Shown here one piece after another: positions 42,470 through 53,061 of a stretch of DNA of 64,000 bases. Within the stretch, counting starts at the first letter, position 1. Each line of letters opens with the position of its first letter. The translations under genes and the position numbers were made by a program. The notes under the pieces are model-generated. The model made no database searches, was not told where the DNA came from, and saw only the letters and a list, made by a program, of their open reading frames with translations. The stretch covers positions 71,111 through 135,110 of the forward strand of contig CAVSLC010000009.1 of assembly GCA_963728565.1 (NCBI GenBank), in the 5' to 3' direction. Source of the stretch: an uncultured delta proteobacterium (lineage in GTDB: Bacteria > Desulfobacterota > Binatia > UBA9968).

Positions 42470-44931
42470 GCAAGAATATTTATCAGCCCGGTTTTTCAGC
42501 GGCGAACGAATCATTGTCTGAGATTGCCGCGCCGGCGAATGGGATGCGCGAAGTAAACACCGCGGCAAACGTCGACGGCGTTATCAGCAGGCAAAAGGAG
42601 CGCGATTCGCATCGGGGAATACGCGAACTGAACAGGCGAAGACGATTCCATCACAGATGGGCTCAAGAGGGAGGTGACCGCGGCGTTGCTCCAACCGATT
42701 TGAACGCGCTTCGGCGGAATATCCATGCCCTGGCGATGCCCGAGATCAAGCGCTTGTCGATGTTGCCGAATCGGCTAGAACGCAATCCGCTGGTGACTCT
42801 GTGGCGCAGGCTGCGCGGCACAACCAGCAACGATGATCGGGAGAGGACTGGCTCAGCGTCCACCGAGGGTACTGTGGTAGGTTGGCGCGCCGCCGCGGCA
42901 TCTCGCCGTGTGCTGTTGATTACTTTGATCATAATACAGACAGCGATTGCTACCTGGTCTCTAAGCAATACCTTTCCGTACCCATGGCTCAAAGCATCCG
43001 AGATCGCCATCTTGGTGCTATTCGCGATCCTGTTTTCGTGGATTTCGCTGGGGTTCTGGAGCGCAGTGGCCGGATTCTGGATGCTCTGGACGCGCAAAAA
43101 CGAATTTACCCGCGCTGATTTGCCAATCGACGAGCGGCAACCTTTGCGCTCGCGCACCGCCGTGCTCATGCCCATATGCAACGAAGATGTCACTCGTGTA
43201 TTTGCCGGTCTGGAAGCGAGTTATCGCTCACTTGCGGAGACAAGGCAATTTGCAAATTTTGATTTTTTCGTACTGAGCGATACCGGTGATTCGGTCAGGC
43301 AGGCCGAAGAGGAGATTGCATGGGCACAACTCTGCGCCTCGTTGCAGGCCTTCGGCAGAATTTTTTATCGCCATAGGCGCAATAACGTTAGGCGCAAAAG
43401 CGGCAACATCGCCGAATTCCTGCGCCGCTGGGGACGAGAGTATGATCACATGATCGTGTTCGACGCCGACAGCATCATGGCCGGCGAAACAGTTGTCCGG
43501 CTGGCTCAAATGATGGAGCAGTACCCGCAAGCAGGAATCATTCAAACGGCTCCGACCACGGTCAACTGTGATTCGCTCTTTGGACGATTGCAGCAGTTCG
43601 CCAGCCGGGCGTATGGCCCCATGCTTACGGCAGGCCAGCGTTTCTGGCAACTGGGTGAGGGTTATTATTGGGGCCATAATGCCATTATTCGCACTGCGCC
43701 ATTCATCAAACATTGCGGCCTTTCTCGTCTGCCGGGTCACGCTCCACTGGGCGGAGAGATTCTCAGTCATGATTTCGTCGAGGCTGCGTTAATGGGCCGG
43801 GCCGGTTGGGAAGTTTGGGTGGTTTATGATTTAGGCGGCAGTTATGAAGAGTCGCCGCCGACGCTTGCCGACGAACTCAAGCGCGATCGCCGCTGGTGTC
43901 AAGGTAATCTGCAACACTTGCGCTTACTGCTGGCGGATGGGATCCGCGGCGGGCATCGCGCCATTCTGGCGATGGGCGTCATGGCTTATGCTTCGGCTTT
44001 GCTCTGGTTTGTGTTTTTGATCCTCAACACGGTCGAGCTTGCGGCCCAGACGGTTCTGCCTCTGGTCTACTTCTCAAGTGAACCCAGCCTCTTTCCGCTT
44101 TGGCCCCGCTGGAATCCCGATTGGGCGGTAGCCTTGCTGACGACCACTGCCGTACTGCTGTTTTTACCCAAGCTTTTGAGTCTCCTGGTGATTGTCAAAA
44201 ATCGCCAGACGCATCTGTTTGGCGGCCTTTTGCCCTTGTGTATCAGTATCTGTCTAGAGATTATGGTGTCCACTTTACTCGCACCCATCCGAATGTGGTT
44301 TCACAGTCAATTCGTTGTCGTGACTCTGATGGGCAGACAGATAAAATGGGGGCCGCAATTTCGCACCGATAATCAAACCGGCTGGCGCGACGCGACTCGA
44401 CTACATGGTCTCGCGACGTTTGTGGCGTTTAGCTGGGTCTTCGGCATGTACTGGCTAAATCCAGCAGTTGCGGTCTGGCTCTTGCCAGTCGGTATCTCGC
44501 TGCTCCTCGCAGTGCCGTTATCAGTTTACTCCAGCCGTCTTTCCTTGGGGCGGCTGATGCGCCGCTGGCGGCTCTTCCTGATCCCGGAGGAAATTCACTC
44601 GCCCCAGATTATAAAATATCTTCAGATGTCTCTGGGTAAACGAAGAGAGAATCAGCAGATGGATGGCTTTGTTCATGCAGTGGTTGATCCTTATGCCAAT
44701 GCCGTCCACGTGGGCCTGTTGCGCGGCAAAAGACCCAAGGCTAGCGAAACTATCGAGCGAAATCGGAATCTGCGTGAATTCGCTCTGAGGGACGGGCCGG
44801 CGACTCTCAACAGCTCCAATCGAAGGCATCTGCTGCTAGATTCGGAAAGCATGATGCTTCTTCACCGACAGGTGTGGCGTGTTCGTGATCCCAATTTTGC
44901 GAGCCAGTGGGGATTGGGCGAGCTCCAGTGA
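42466..44931 (+). CDS. opgH: Glucans biosynthesis glucosyltransferase OpgH/MdoH
   Basis: MPICNED, RKSGNI, DADS, YWGHNAIIR, ILSHDFVEA, RDRRWCQGNLQH; ATGA overlap with the opgG stop. Confidence 0.96.
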   Translation: MSKNIYQPGFSAANESLSEIAAPANGMREVNTAANVDGVISRQKERDSHRGIRELNRRRRFHHRWAQEGGDRGVAPTDLNALRRNIHALAMPEIKRLSMLPNRLERNPLVTLWRRLRGTTSNDDRERTGSASTEGTVVGWRAAAASRRVLLITLIIIQTAIATWSLSNTFPYPWLKASEIAILVLFAILFSWISLGFWSAVAGFWMLWTRKNEFTRADLPIDERQPLRSRTAVLMPICNEDVTRVFAGLEASYRSLAETRQFANFDFFVLSDTGDSVRQAEEEIAWAQLCASLQAFGRIFYRHRRNNVRRKSGNIAEFLRRWGREYDHMIVFDADSIMAGETVVRLAQMMEQYPQAGIIQTAPTTVNCDSLFGRLQQFASRAYGPMLTAGQRFWQLGEGYYWGHNAIIRTAPFIKHCGLSRLPGHAPLGGEILSHDFVEAALMGRAGWEVWVVYDLGGSYEESPPTLADELKRDRRWCQGNLQHLRLLLADGIRGGHRAILAMGVMAYASALLWFVFLILNTVELAAQTVLPLVYFSSEPSLFPLWPRWNPDWAVALLTTTAVLLFLPKLLSLLVIVKNRQTHLFGGLLPLCISICLEIMVSTLLAPIRMWFHSQFVVVTLMGRQIKWGPQFRTDNQTGWRDATRLHGLATFVAFSWVFGMYWLNPAVAVWLLPVGISLLLAVPLSVYSSRLSLGRLMRRWRLFLIPEEIHSPQIIKYLQMSLGKRRENQQMDGFVHAVVDPYANAVHVGLLRGKRPKASETIERNRNLREFALRDGPATLNSSNRRHLLLDSESMMLLHRQVWRVRDPNFASQWGLGELQ

Positions 44932-45304
44932 AATCGTAAAACTAAGTTGTCGCATGATGCCGTGCCAATAATGATCGGCTCACTCCCCATGTAAATAAGC
45001 GATCGCTTCTTCTCGTCAGTATTCCAAGCGGCCCGCAACGTCGAAAAAGTTGTGGCTTACCAATACCACTGATTGTTGTCGGCTGCGTCTAATTGTCAGG
45101 CAGATTGCTTAGACTGCGATCGCGATTATAACAGCGGTGGCGCCCATGATTATCCGGCCCAGTCTTAAGAATAAAACTAACCTGTGGCCGTTTTGATATG
45201 ATACAAAAAGCCCTTAGCTTATACTGCTAGGCTGTTGTGGGCGCCGTGCTTGTGGTGGGTTGCCCGGCGGGTTAGGCTTGTTAGTCTAAAGATGGCAGTG
45301 GTTT

Positions 45305-46969
45305 ATGTATAACGAATATTTTGGCTTCACCGAAGCCCCATTTAGCCTCACACCCGATCCGCGGTTTAGTTATACCAACGCGCTTTACCAGGAAGCATTC
45401 GCTACTTTGCGCTACGGGATCGAGGCGCGCAAAGGTTTCATCGTCATTACGGGAGAAGCGGGTACCGGTAAGACGACCCTCCTCAGGCGTTTGATGCAGA
45501 GCTTTGGCCGGCACGTGCAAACCGCATATATCTATAACCCGCATGTTACTCTGTCGGAGCTGCTGCGTCTTATCCTAAGCGATCTGGGTTTGACCAACCG
45601 CACGGACGACCGACTGGCGATGATTGCGCAGTTGAATGAATATCTCATTAAACAGCTGAAAGATAGCAATATCGTTACTCTTTTAGTTGATGAAGCTCAA
45701 GAGCTCAGCGTTGAGATGCTCGAGGAAGTCCGGCTTCTTTCCAATCTCGAGACCGACACTCAGAAGCTTCTCCAGATTGTCTTGATGGGGCAGCCCGAGC
45801 TCGAGCGCAAGCTCGATCAGCCTGAGCTCCGGCAATTGAAACAGCGCGTTGCGCTACGTTGCCGACTCGATCCACTGCCCAGTAATGAGGTCGGCGAGTA
45901 CATTTCAGCCAGACTCAAAGCGGTCGGGTACTCGCGTAAAGACCTGTTCCATGCTTCGGCGGTAGAGAAAATCGCCATTCACTCCAGAGGTATCCCCCGG
46001 GTTATAAACATCATCTGCGATAACGCTTTACTGATTGCCTTCGCTGCCTCTAAGAAAATTGTCTCCGCCGCTACGATTGATGAGGTCGCTCGCGATTTGC
46101 GTCTTAACCAGCAAGGGTCCGCTCCTGAGATTCCGCCCCCGCCGACCGTGGGTTCGCCAAAAGGTTCGATCGAAAAGCTAGAAGGATTTCGTTCGAAACG
46201 CGTGTCGGCCCGGCCCGGTTTTCGGACCCCGGCGTCGCCCGAATCCGAATTCTTCATGATCGGTCTTGAGGAAAAGCCAGCTCACCTTCGCAGCGAAAAA
46301 AAACTGGCCGGATATGGAACCGGTGTTTTTTCACTGGGCATCGCCCTAGGCCTTGCCACCATTTTGTTCTACTCCCAACAGATGTGGGGTGGTTTAGCGG
46401 CGCTGACTGCGGGCTTCAAGGGATTTACCGCTACACAAACGAGCGATGCGGTGCCGGCGCAGCCGACGGGCCCTAGCGACAGATCAGCACCGGATCTCTG
46501 GCAGGAAAAAAGCGCTCCTGAAGCTCCGCCGCCTCAATTTCCCACAATCGAGCAGCAAGCGTTGACAGAAAGCCCGAAGCCTAACATAGCTGAACAGCCC
46601 CAGGAGCAATCCTTCGAACCTCCTGCTCCGATTGAACGACAGCGGAATTCGACAACAGGACGAAAGCCGCCGGAAACGGCGCAGCCAATGCCCGGGAGAA
46701 GATCTCTTGCTTCACCTATTCCGTCGCCCGCTAGTTTGCCGCGCAACCAGGCGGCCGTTACAGACCGCGAGTTGGAGATGCAAGTTGAGAAGGCGATCGA
46801 CAATCGCGCTTTGAGGGGAATAAGCGTGTCGGTAGAGAGTGGCACGGTTTATCTCCGGGGGCGTGTGCCGACAACGCGCCAGCGACTTGCGGCGCAGCGC
46901 GCGGCGCAAAGTGTCGAAGGAGTAAAATCCATCGAGAATCAGATTGGCCTCGACACCGGGCCGGACTAA
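45305..46969 (+). CDS. ExeA/GspA-like AAA ATPase with TM helix, Pro-rich linker and C-terminal BON domain
   Basis: GEAGTGKT, VDEAQ, GQPEL, GIPRVINIICD; D.ELE.QV...I.VSVESGTVYLRG.V....A...A.SVEGVKSIENQI (BON). Confidence 0.9.
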   Translation: MYNEYFGFTEAPFSLTPDPRFSYTNALYQEAFATLRYGIEARKGFIVITGEAGTGKTTLLRRLMQSFGRHVQTAYIYNPHVTLSELLRLILSDLGLTNRTDDRLAMIAQLNEYLIKQLKDSNIVTLLVDEAQELSVEMLEEVRLLSNLETDTQKLLQIVLMGQPELERKLDQPELRQLKQRVALRCRLDPLPSNEVGEYISARLKAVGYSRKDLFHASAVEKIAIHSRGIPRVINIICDNALLIAFAASKKIVSAATIDEVARDLRLNQQGSAPEIPPPPTVGSPKGSIEKLEGFRSKRVSARPGFRTPASPESEFFMIGLEEKPAHLRSEKKLAGYGTGVFSLGIALGLATILFYSQQMWGGLAALTAGFKGFTATQTSDAVPAQPTGPSDRSAPDLWQEKSAPEAPPPQFPTIEQQALTESPKPNIAEQPQEQSFEPPAPIERQRNSTTGRKPPETAQPMPGRRSLASPIPSPASLPRNQAAVTDRELEMQVEKAIDNRALRGISVSVESGTVYLRGRVPTTRQRLAAQRAAQSVEGVKSIENQIGLDTGPD

Positions 46970-47055
46970 ACCTAGTTCTGTGATCGGATTAGAGTCGGGT
47001 ATGCGAGCCAAGCGCTGACCGGATAGGCAACGTGCGGTTGCAGAGAAACAGTGAT

Positions 47056-48081
47056 CTAGCGGGATGTAATCGCGGAAGCGGCTTTCATTGGAACGCCGAA
47101 GGCGCAACGCGATAGTAGATAATCGTGGAAATCCTGATCGCGGACGAATCTAAACCGAGCGGCACCGTTCTGTGCCCAAATCTCTTTAGCCGGTACTTCG
47201 CATCGATTGCACGCTTCTCCCCGAATGCAGTCTGGGAGAGGTGATCCGGTTGTGACAGTCGCCACACTTCCAAGTCTCGGGTCCGAGCCTCGCGCGTCAG
47301 CGCGAACCATGACGCCTGAACCGGTATAACGGATAGCGGGAAATTGCCGTAAGCGATTGTCTGGATTGGCATCCACTGGCGCTTCGGAAAACACACCGCC
47401 GCTGACTTCATGCGTGTGAGCGTCGAACTCGACTTCTTCGCCGGTGGGCAGGGTCACGATATTACGATCGCCCACCGTGACCACAGCCGGTAGATAGTTC
47501 CTCGGAAAAAACAGCATCACGCTGTTCATTAGCTCGCTAAGTCTAAACTGCTTATCGCGGGAAGCGACCCAGTCAGTGACCGATAGATGCACGTCCTGCC
47601 GGGCACGATCATCGAAGCGGAATTGGAAATCCCTGGTGTAGAGTTGATTCTTGCTGATATCGCGACGGTGGGGAAGTATGCGATTGCCGCCGTTATTGGA
47701 GAACTCGAAGCCGACAAGTTGCCTTTGACGGTTGTTGCGATATTGCCAGCCAGAATGCGCGGCTGTTTGAACCGATCGTTTTGTCAGAACCGTGTCGTAT
47801 TGGATGGTCGGCGCGACGCTTTCTTTCTCCGGCGCGCTCAGAAGCGATTCCGGCAGTTGCCGCAGTGGTGGCGACGGTGCCACCGGCGGAATCTTTGCCG
47901 GTGTGATTGCCGCTTTCGATCCAGGTTCGTCGGTGGCTGGGTGAGATGATTCAAGATCTGCGATTTCCGGAGTTTGCTCCGAAGCCGGAGGTTTTTGCGG
48001 CACTGTGCCGGTGCGACAGCTGCCAATCAACGCAACCATCAGAAACAAAACAACCGGTAAACGAGGTCTTGCTGGCTTCAT
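47056..48081 (-). CDS. Hypothetical lipoprotein
   Basis: Signal ending IGSC, Pro-rich linker, beta-rich domain with four C-terminal Cys. Confidence 0.7.
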   Translation of the reverse strand: MKPARPRLPVVLFLMVALIGSCRTGTVPQKPPASEQTPEIADLESSHPATDEPGSKAAITPAKIPPVAPSPPLRQLPESLLSAPEKESVAPTIQYDTVLTKRSVQTAAHSGWQYRNNRQRQLVGFEFSNNGGNRILPHRRDISKNQLYTRDFQFRFDDRARQDVHLSVTDWVASRDKQFRLSELMNSVMLFFPRNYLPAVVTVGDRNIVTLPTGEEVEFDAHTHEVSGGVFSEAPVDANPDNRLRQFPAIRYTGSGVMVRADARGSDPRLGSVATVTTGSPLPDCIRGEACNRCEVPAKEIWAQNGAARFRFVRDQDFHDYLLSRCAFGVPMKAASAITSR

Positions 48082-48261
48082 TTTAGGCTTCGCAAAATTT
48101 AGGCTTCGCAAAATCTCTCGACGTTTCACAGACAAATCAATGACCTTGGCTTGAATATCTTAACCCAGGACCCTGCAGCTGCCAAGGTCAAGATTAGCTC
48201 ACGATGTTCCTAGGCGAGCTGCCAGCGCACAGACAATTCCAACGGACCTGCGAATAGAAGT

Positions 48262-48900
48262 CTAATTTTTCACCTCATGCGCTCGAATCTGGCGAGCCAG
48301 GCTTGCGGCGGTGATGACATATCCGGGACTGATATCAAGCCCGGCGCTTTTTAGGGCTTCGGCTATCCAGGTGTTGCATGTTCTAAGGATGCTGAATCTC
48401 CCGGACGCGGGATAAAACCGAGCGTACGGAACCAGGCCGGGCTGCGACTGCGCTAGGATAGACGGATCTGCTCTCGAGAAGCTGGCAGATACAAACTCGC
48501 TCAGCCGCCGGAAAGCTTCGGGCGAAAGAGCGAGTTCGATGATCTCAGCGTCGCTAACATAATCTCTAACGGCGCCCCTAAAGCCGACCACATGAAGCAC
48601 GCTCCCGCGCGACCAAAATGCCGCCCTAAGCGCCAACCCAACGCTTTCCTTCGTCGCTGGGAAATAATCTCGGTCTCCCCAGCCTATTTCGAGATACTCC
48701 GCTTCGGGGAAGTGGCCTTCTTCGGGAACGAGGCCTTCGGTCAGATCGGCCCTTCGCACAATCAGAGCGGCATGCCAGTTATTGTGGACGACAAAAATTG
48801 TTTTGGCATTCTTCCCGGCGGCGTGAGAATCTAATTGCATGATCGGCACTGAACAGGCGGTCAGTAGTTGGAGCAAAGCAGCAAAGAAAAGAAATTTCAT
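48262..48900 (-). CDS. DUF2459-like lipoprotein
   Basis: LTAC lipobox, WH..L, YLEIGWGDRDY, F.ILRTCNTWIAEAL. Confidence 0.8.
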   Translation of the reverse strand: MKFLFFAALLQLLTACSVPIMQLDSHAAGKNAKTIFVVHNNWHAALIVRRADLTEGLVPEEGHFPEAEYLEIGWGDRDYFPATKESVGLALRAAFWSRGSVLHVVGFRGAVRDYVSDAEIIELALSPEAFRRLSEFVSASFSRADPSILAQSQPGLVPYARFYPASGRFSILRTCNTWIAEALKSAGLDISPGYVITAASLARQIRAHEVKN

Positions 48901-49204
48901 CCCACAATCGAAAATCTTAGTGTGAGAGATCGTTGCTTCTGATTCAGCGAAATCGCTAATAAGACCGGCATCTTTGAAATGAAGCGAAACCGAGCTGTGG
49001 TTTGCATAGGTTTTGGATATCCATTACTGTCGAATTTCAGCAGGCTGCTCAAAGTGATCTACCGGTAAAATTACGCGATCCCATGCAACCTTATCGTTTA
49101 AGATCCAACTTTAGCGAAAGCTCACATCGAAGATCCCTTTGACCTGTCTGTGATGGCGTTTCAAGCGCCAGTCAAGAATTTCCAAGTACGGAGTTGCGAT
49201 TGAT

Positions 49205-50479
49205 TTGAAGAGCGCCGTTGAGCGGCAGGATTCAGCTGCACCCAAAAAAGTTGCCTTTGCCGCGCTACATCACAAGGACTTCCGGGTTTATTTCATCGGC
49301 ACCATGCTCGCGATGATGGCTGACAATATCGAGCATGTCATCAGTTATTGGCTGCTGTATCAGAAGTTTCACTCACCGACTCTGGCCGGTTTTGCCGTGC
49401 TGGTTCACTGGACGCCGTTTCTCTTATTCTCGGTTTACTTCGGCGCCATGGCGGATCGCTATGATTGTCGAAAAGTGATCCAGCTGGCCCAGCTCATGTA
49501 TATGGGCGTGTCGGCCGCATGGGCGTTTCTGTTCTGGACCGATACCATCGAGGTTTGGCATGCCTGCGTGCTGCTGACCATCCACGGGATGGCCGGCGTG
49601 CTCTGGGGCCCAGGCAGTCAGCTGCTGATCCACGATATCGTTGGCACCGAGCACTTGCAAAGCGCCGTGCGTCTTAATGCCACGAGCCGGCAGATGGGGG
49701 TTCTTTTCGGCCCCGCCGTGGGCGGCGGCTTGATGCTGCTGCTCGGTCCGCCGGCGGGGCTGTTTGTCAATGCCCTGATCTATTTGCCACTGACTATTTG
49801 GCTATTGACCGTACCTTACACCGGCCACTCTCGAGAAGCGGCGGCGTCGTCGCGCCGCCGCGTTGGGTGGCGCGATGCCCTCGACACCCTGCGCGAAGTC
49901 TCAGGCAACCGACCGATCATCACGATGGTAGCACTCGGCGGCTGCGCATCGTTCTTCGTCGGCAGCGCCTTCCAAGCGCAAATGCCGGAATTCGCCCATG
50001 ATCTCGGCACCGAGCAAGCCGATTTCGCGTACAGCGCCTTGCTCGCGGCTAACGCGGCGGGTGCAGTTCTCGGTGGATTTTTGCTGGAAGGGAAGGGCTG
50101 GCTTCAGCCGCGGGTCAAAACAGCGATTGTCTGCGCTATTCTCTGGTGTCTCGTCATCACCGCGTTTGCGCTTTCGTACAACTACAACCTGTCGCTGATG
50201 CTGTTGTTTGTCGCCGGCATTCTCAATCTTGCGTTCTACTCCATGGCTCAGACTATCGTGCAACTGCTCGCACCGGGTCACCTCCGTGGCCGGGTCATCG
50301 GTTTGTTCTCGATGGCCAGCATGGGCCTGCGCGCATTTAGCGGTGTAACAGTCGGCGTGGTCGGCGGATTGATCGGCGTTCACTGGTCGCTGGCATTGAG
50401 CGCGATGGCACTGCTGGCGGTCACGTTGGGGCTGTTTGCGTTTTTCATGCCCGGCCGGCATCAGAGCGAGTTCAGCTGA
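49205..50479 (+). CDS. MFS transporter (DHA3/EntS-like)
   Basis: About 12 TM helices, GAMADRYDCRK motif A, LRGRV.G. Confidence 0.92.
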   Translation: MKSAVERQDSAAPKKVAFAALHHKDFRVYFIGTMLAMMADNIEHVISYWLLYQKFHSPTLAGFAVLVHWTPFLLFSVYFGAMADRYDCRKVIQLAQLMYMGVSAAWAFLFWTDTIEVWHACVLLTIHGMAGVLWGPGSQLLIHDIVGTEHLQSAVRLNATSRQMGVLFGPAVGGGLMLLLGPPAGLFVNALIYLPLTIWLLTVPYTGHSREAAASSRRRVGWRDALDTLREVSGNRPIITMVALGGCASFFVGSAFQAQMPEFAHDLGTEQADFAYSALLAANAAGAVLGGFLLEGKGWLQPRVKTAIVCAILWCLVITAFALSYNYNLSLMLLFVAGILNLAFYSMAQTIVQLLAPGHLRGRVIGLFSMASMGLRAFSGVTVGVVGGLIGVHWSLALSAMALLAVTLGLFAFFMPGRHQSEFS

Positions 50480-50574
50480 AGATTTCGTGGAGTGATGGTC
50501 GTGGCGGAGAAGTGTACCCACTATCAGGGCTAAAACGGAATGTGAAACACATCGATGTTTGGAGTTCCTGTTAA

Positions 50575-51855
50575 ATGACAAGTCCGCAGAAATCCCCCAC
50601 ATCAGCCGATTCAAACAGCAAAGTCGCATTCGCGGCTTTGCATCATCGGGATTATCGAAGGTATTTTCTGGTTAACTTGTTCTCGACCATGGGCGACAAC
50701 ATCGAGCATGTGATCAGTTACTGGCTCCTGTTTCAGAAATTTCATTCCCCGGTTCTCGGCGGCTTTGCCGTCATCAGTCACTGGACACCATTCCTTTTCT
50801 TTGCGGTCTATTTTGGCGCGCTGGCCGATCGCCACGATTGCAGGAGGGTCATCCAAGCGTCCCAGTTCCTCTATGCGACGGTGTCGCTGACCTGGGCTAT
50901 TCTATTTCTCACCGACGCCATCCAGGTTTGGCATGCCTGTGTGTTGCTGGTGATCCACGGCATGGCTGGAGTGCTGGGCGGGCCGAGCAGCCAGTTGATC
51001 ATTCATGACATCGTCGGCCGCGAGTACCTGCAGAGCGCGGTCAGGCTCAACTCCACCGCGCGACAGCTGGGCATTCTCTTCGGTCCGGCGGTGGGCGGCG
51101 CAACCATGTTGCTATTTGGTGCGCCCGCCGGACTATTCATCAACACTTTTATGTTCCTGCCAATGCTGTTTTTGATGTTCGTCTTCCCCTACACCGGGCA
51201 TAGCCGGGATGAAGGGATGAGCGGCAGGGCGCCGCGACTTACATTTCAGGGCGCGATTCAGTTGCTGCGCGAGACTTCGGCCAATCGCCCGATCTTTTCA
51301 ATGATTCTTCTGGGCGGCGCCACGTCTCTTCTGGTCGGCAATGCATTTCAAGCGCAGATGCCGGAATTCGCGCACGACTTTGGCCATGATAAGCAGGATT
51401 GGTCTTACAGCGTGCTGCTTGGCGCCAATGCCGCCGGCGCGGTTCTCGGCGGCCTGCTGCTCGAAGGCAGAGGCCTACTCAGAGCCAGCCCCTGGAATGC
51501 AGCGGTCTGCTCGATTCTGTGGTGCGTCGCCATCATCGGATTCGCCGCTACCGATAACTATGGTTTGGGCGTTATGCTGTTGTTCTGCGCCGGGCTGTTG
51601 AACCTGGCTTTCATGTCGATGGCGCAAACACTGGTGCAGCTCAGGGCTCCGGCGCAACTGCGCGGCCGATTGATCGGGCTATTCAACATGTCGAGCAATG
51701 GCCTCAAGGCGTTTAGCGGAGTGACCGTGGGGGTGGTCGGCGGCTTGATCGGTATCCACTGGTCATTGGGCATCAGCGCGATGGCGCTGTTGGCGGTCAC
51801 GATTGTGCTGTTTGCGTTCACGATACCCGGGCGCAGGAGTGAAGAGGCGGCTTGA
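50575..51855 (+). CDS. MFS transporter, tandem paralog of the upstream gene
   Basis: Shares DNIEHVISYW, HWTPFL, AFQAQMPEFAHD, AFSGVTVGVVGGLIG with the upstream gene. Confidence 0.92.
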   Translation: MTSPQKSPTSADSNSKVAFAALHHRDYRRYFLVNLFSTMGDNIEHVISYWLLFQKFHSPVLGGFAVISHWTPFLFFAVYFGALADRHDCRRVIQASQFLYATVSLTWAILFLTDAIQVWHACVLLVIHGMAGVLGGPSSQLIIHDIVGREYLQSAVRLNSTARQLGILFGPAVGGATMLLFGAPAGLFINTFMFLPMLFLMFVFPYTGHSRDEGMSGRAPRLTFQGAIQLLRETSANRPIFSMILLGGATSLLVGNAFQAQMPEFAHDFGHDKQDWSYSVLLGANAAGAVLGGLLLEGRGLLRASPWNAAVCSILWCVAIIGFAATDNYGLGVMLLFCAGLLNLAFMSMAQTLVQLRAPAQLRGRLIGLFNMSSNGLKAFSGVTVGVVGGLIGIHWSLGISAMALLAVTIVLFAFTIPGRRSEEAA

Positions 51856-51921
51856 CGGTGCTTCAAACAACCGCATGTTACTGGACATGGCGCGCCTTGA
51901 CAGTTGCGTTTCCCGGCAGAA

Positions 51922-53049
51922 TTATCCGTCGTTATCGAAGCCGTAAAGCCGCGCGCAATTTTCCCATAGGTACTTCCGTTTGGTTTGATCGCTGAACGGC
52001 AGCTTCAAGAAAGTTTCCACCGCGTGCGGATACTTGACGTCGAGGTGCGGATAATCGGTTGAGAAAACGATATTGTCTTCCAAGCCGAAATCGGGAAGAT
52101 TCTTTGCCGTCACTTCGTCGCATTCCACCGCACCCCAACACTGGCGTTGAAAATACTCCAGCGGTTCGAGCTTGAGCTCTGGATGTTCGGCCGCGCCGGT
52201 GAGCTCGGCATACTCGCCCATGCGCCATAACAGCCATGGGATCCAGGAGCAGTTTCCTTCGAGGAACGCGACTTTTAGTTTGGGGAAACGTTCCATGACC
52301 CCGCCGTAAATCATGTCCGCGCAAGCCAGCATGTTGGCCATCGGAAACGACAATGTGTTGAACATCGTGAAGCTTGGGATGAACTGGGACAACGCGGGTT
52401 GCGGCAAGAAGACCCGGCCCGCCTCATGAAAGCCGACCGGAATAGCCAGTCTCTGGCACTCTGCCCACAGCGGATCGTAATAAGGATCGCTCCATTGCCG
52501 ACCGTTTACATGGTTCGGTCGCATGAGAATGCTTTTAAATCCCAGCTCGTTAACTATGCGGTGGGTTTCCTCGACCGCCGAAGAGACATCGTGGGGCGCA
52601 ACAATGGCGGCGCCATACATTCTATGCGGCGCCACTTGGCAGAAATCCGACATCCAGTCATTGTAGGCTTTAGCAATGGCGGCGGCCAACTCCGGATCTA
52701 AACCGTCCACCGCAAGCACGAACAAACCCCGGCTGGGATACAGAATTGCCACATCGAGCCCCTCTTTATCCATCGCCTGCAATTGGGCGATGTTATCGAA
52801 ATTGCGCGCCTCTTCCTCAGGGTATCGCTCCGCTAGAATCTTTTCACGGATCGGACGCAGCGCAGGAATGGGCTTTTCCGGAGCGCGAGGCAGGATCTTC
52901 CCTTCGACTTGAACGCCAAGATCTCGCTTATGCCGGTTGAGTCCGATCGGCGCGCGATCGGCGAATTTTTTATCCATGTACTTTTGCCAAAGATCGCACG
53001 GCTCAACGACGTGCATATCGGAATCCATCGCTCTATATCCGTTCTTCAT
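51922..53049 (-). CDS. Amidohydrolase_2 family protein
   Basis: DSDMHVVEP, MDKEG.D, YDPLW, FH, ERFPKLK.AFLE, FSTDYPH. Confidence 0.92.
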   Translation of the reverse strand: MKNGYRAMDSDMHVVEPCDLWQKYMDKKFADRAPIGLNRHKRDLGVQVEGKILPRAPEKPIPALRPIREKILAERYPEEEARNFDNIAQLQAMDKEGLDVAILYPSRGLFVLAVDGLDPELAAAIAKAYNDWMSDFCQVAPHRMYGAAIVAPHDVSSAVEETHRIVNELGFKSILMRPNHVNGRQWSDPYYDPLWAECQRLAIPVGFHEAGRVFLPQPALSQFIPSFTMFNTLSFPMANMLACADMIYGGVMERFPKLKVAFLEGNCSWIPWLLWRMGEYAELTGAAEHPELKLEPLEYFQRQCWGAVECDEVTAKNLPDFGLEDNIVFSTDYPHLDVKYPHAVETFLKLPFSDQTKRKYLWENCARLYGFDNDG

Positions 53050-53061
53050 GCTTTGTCCTCG

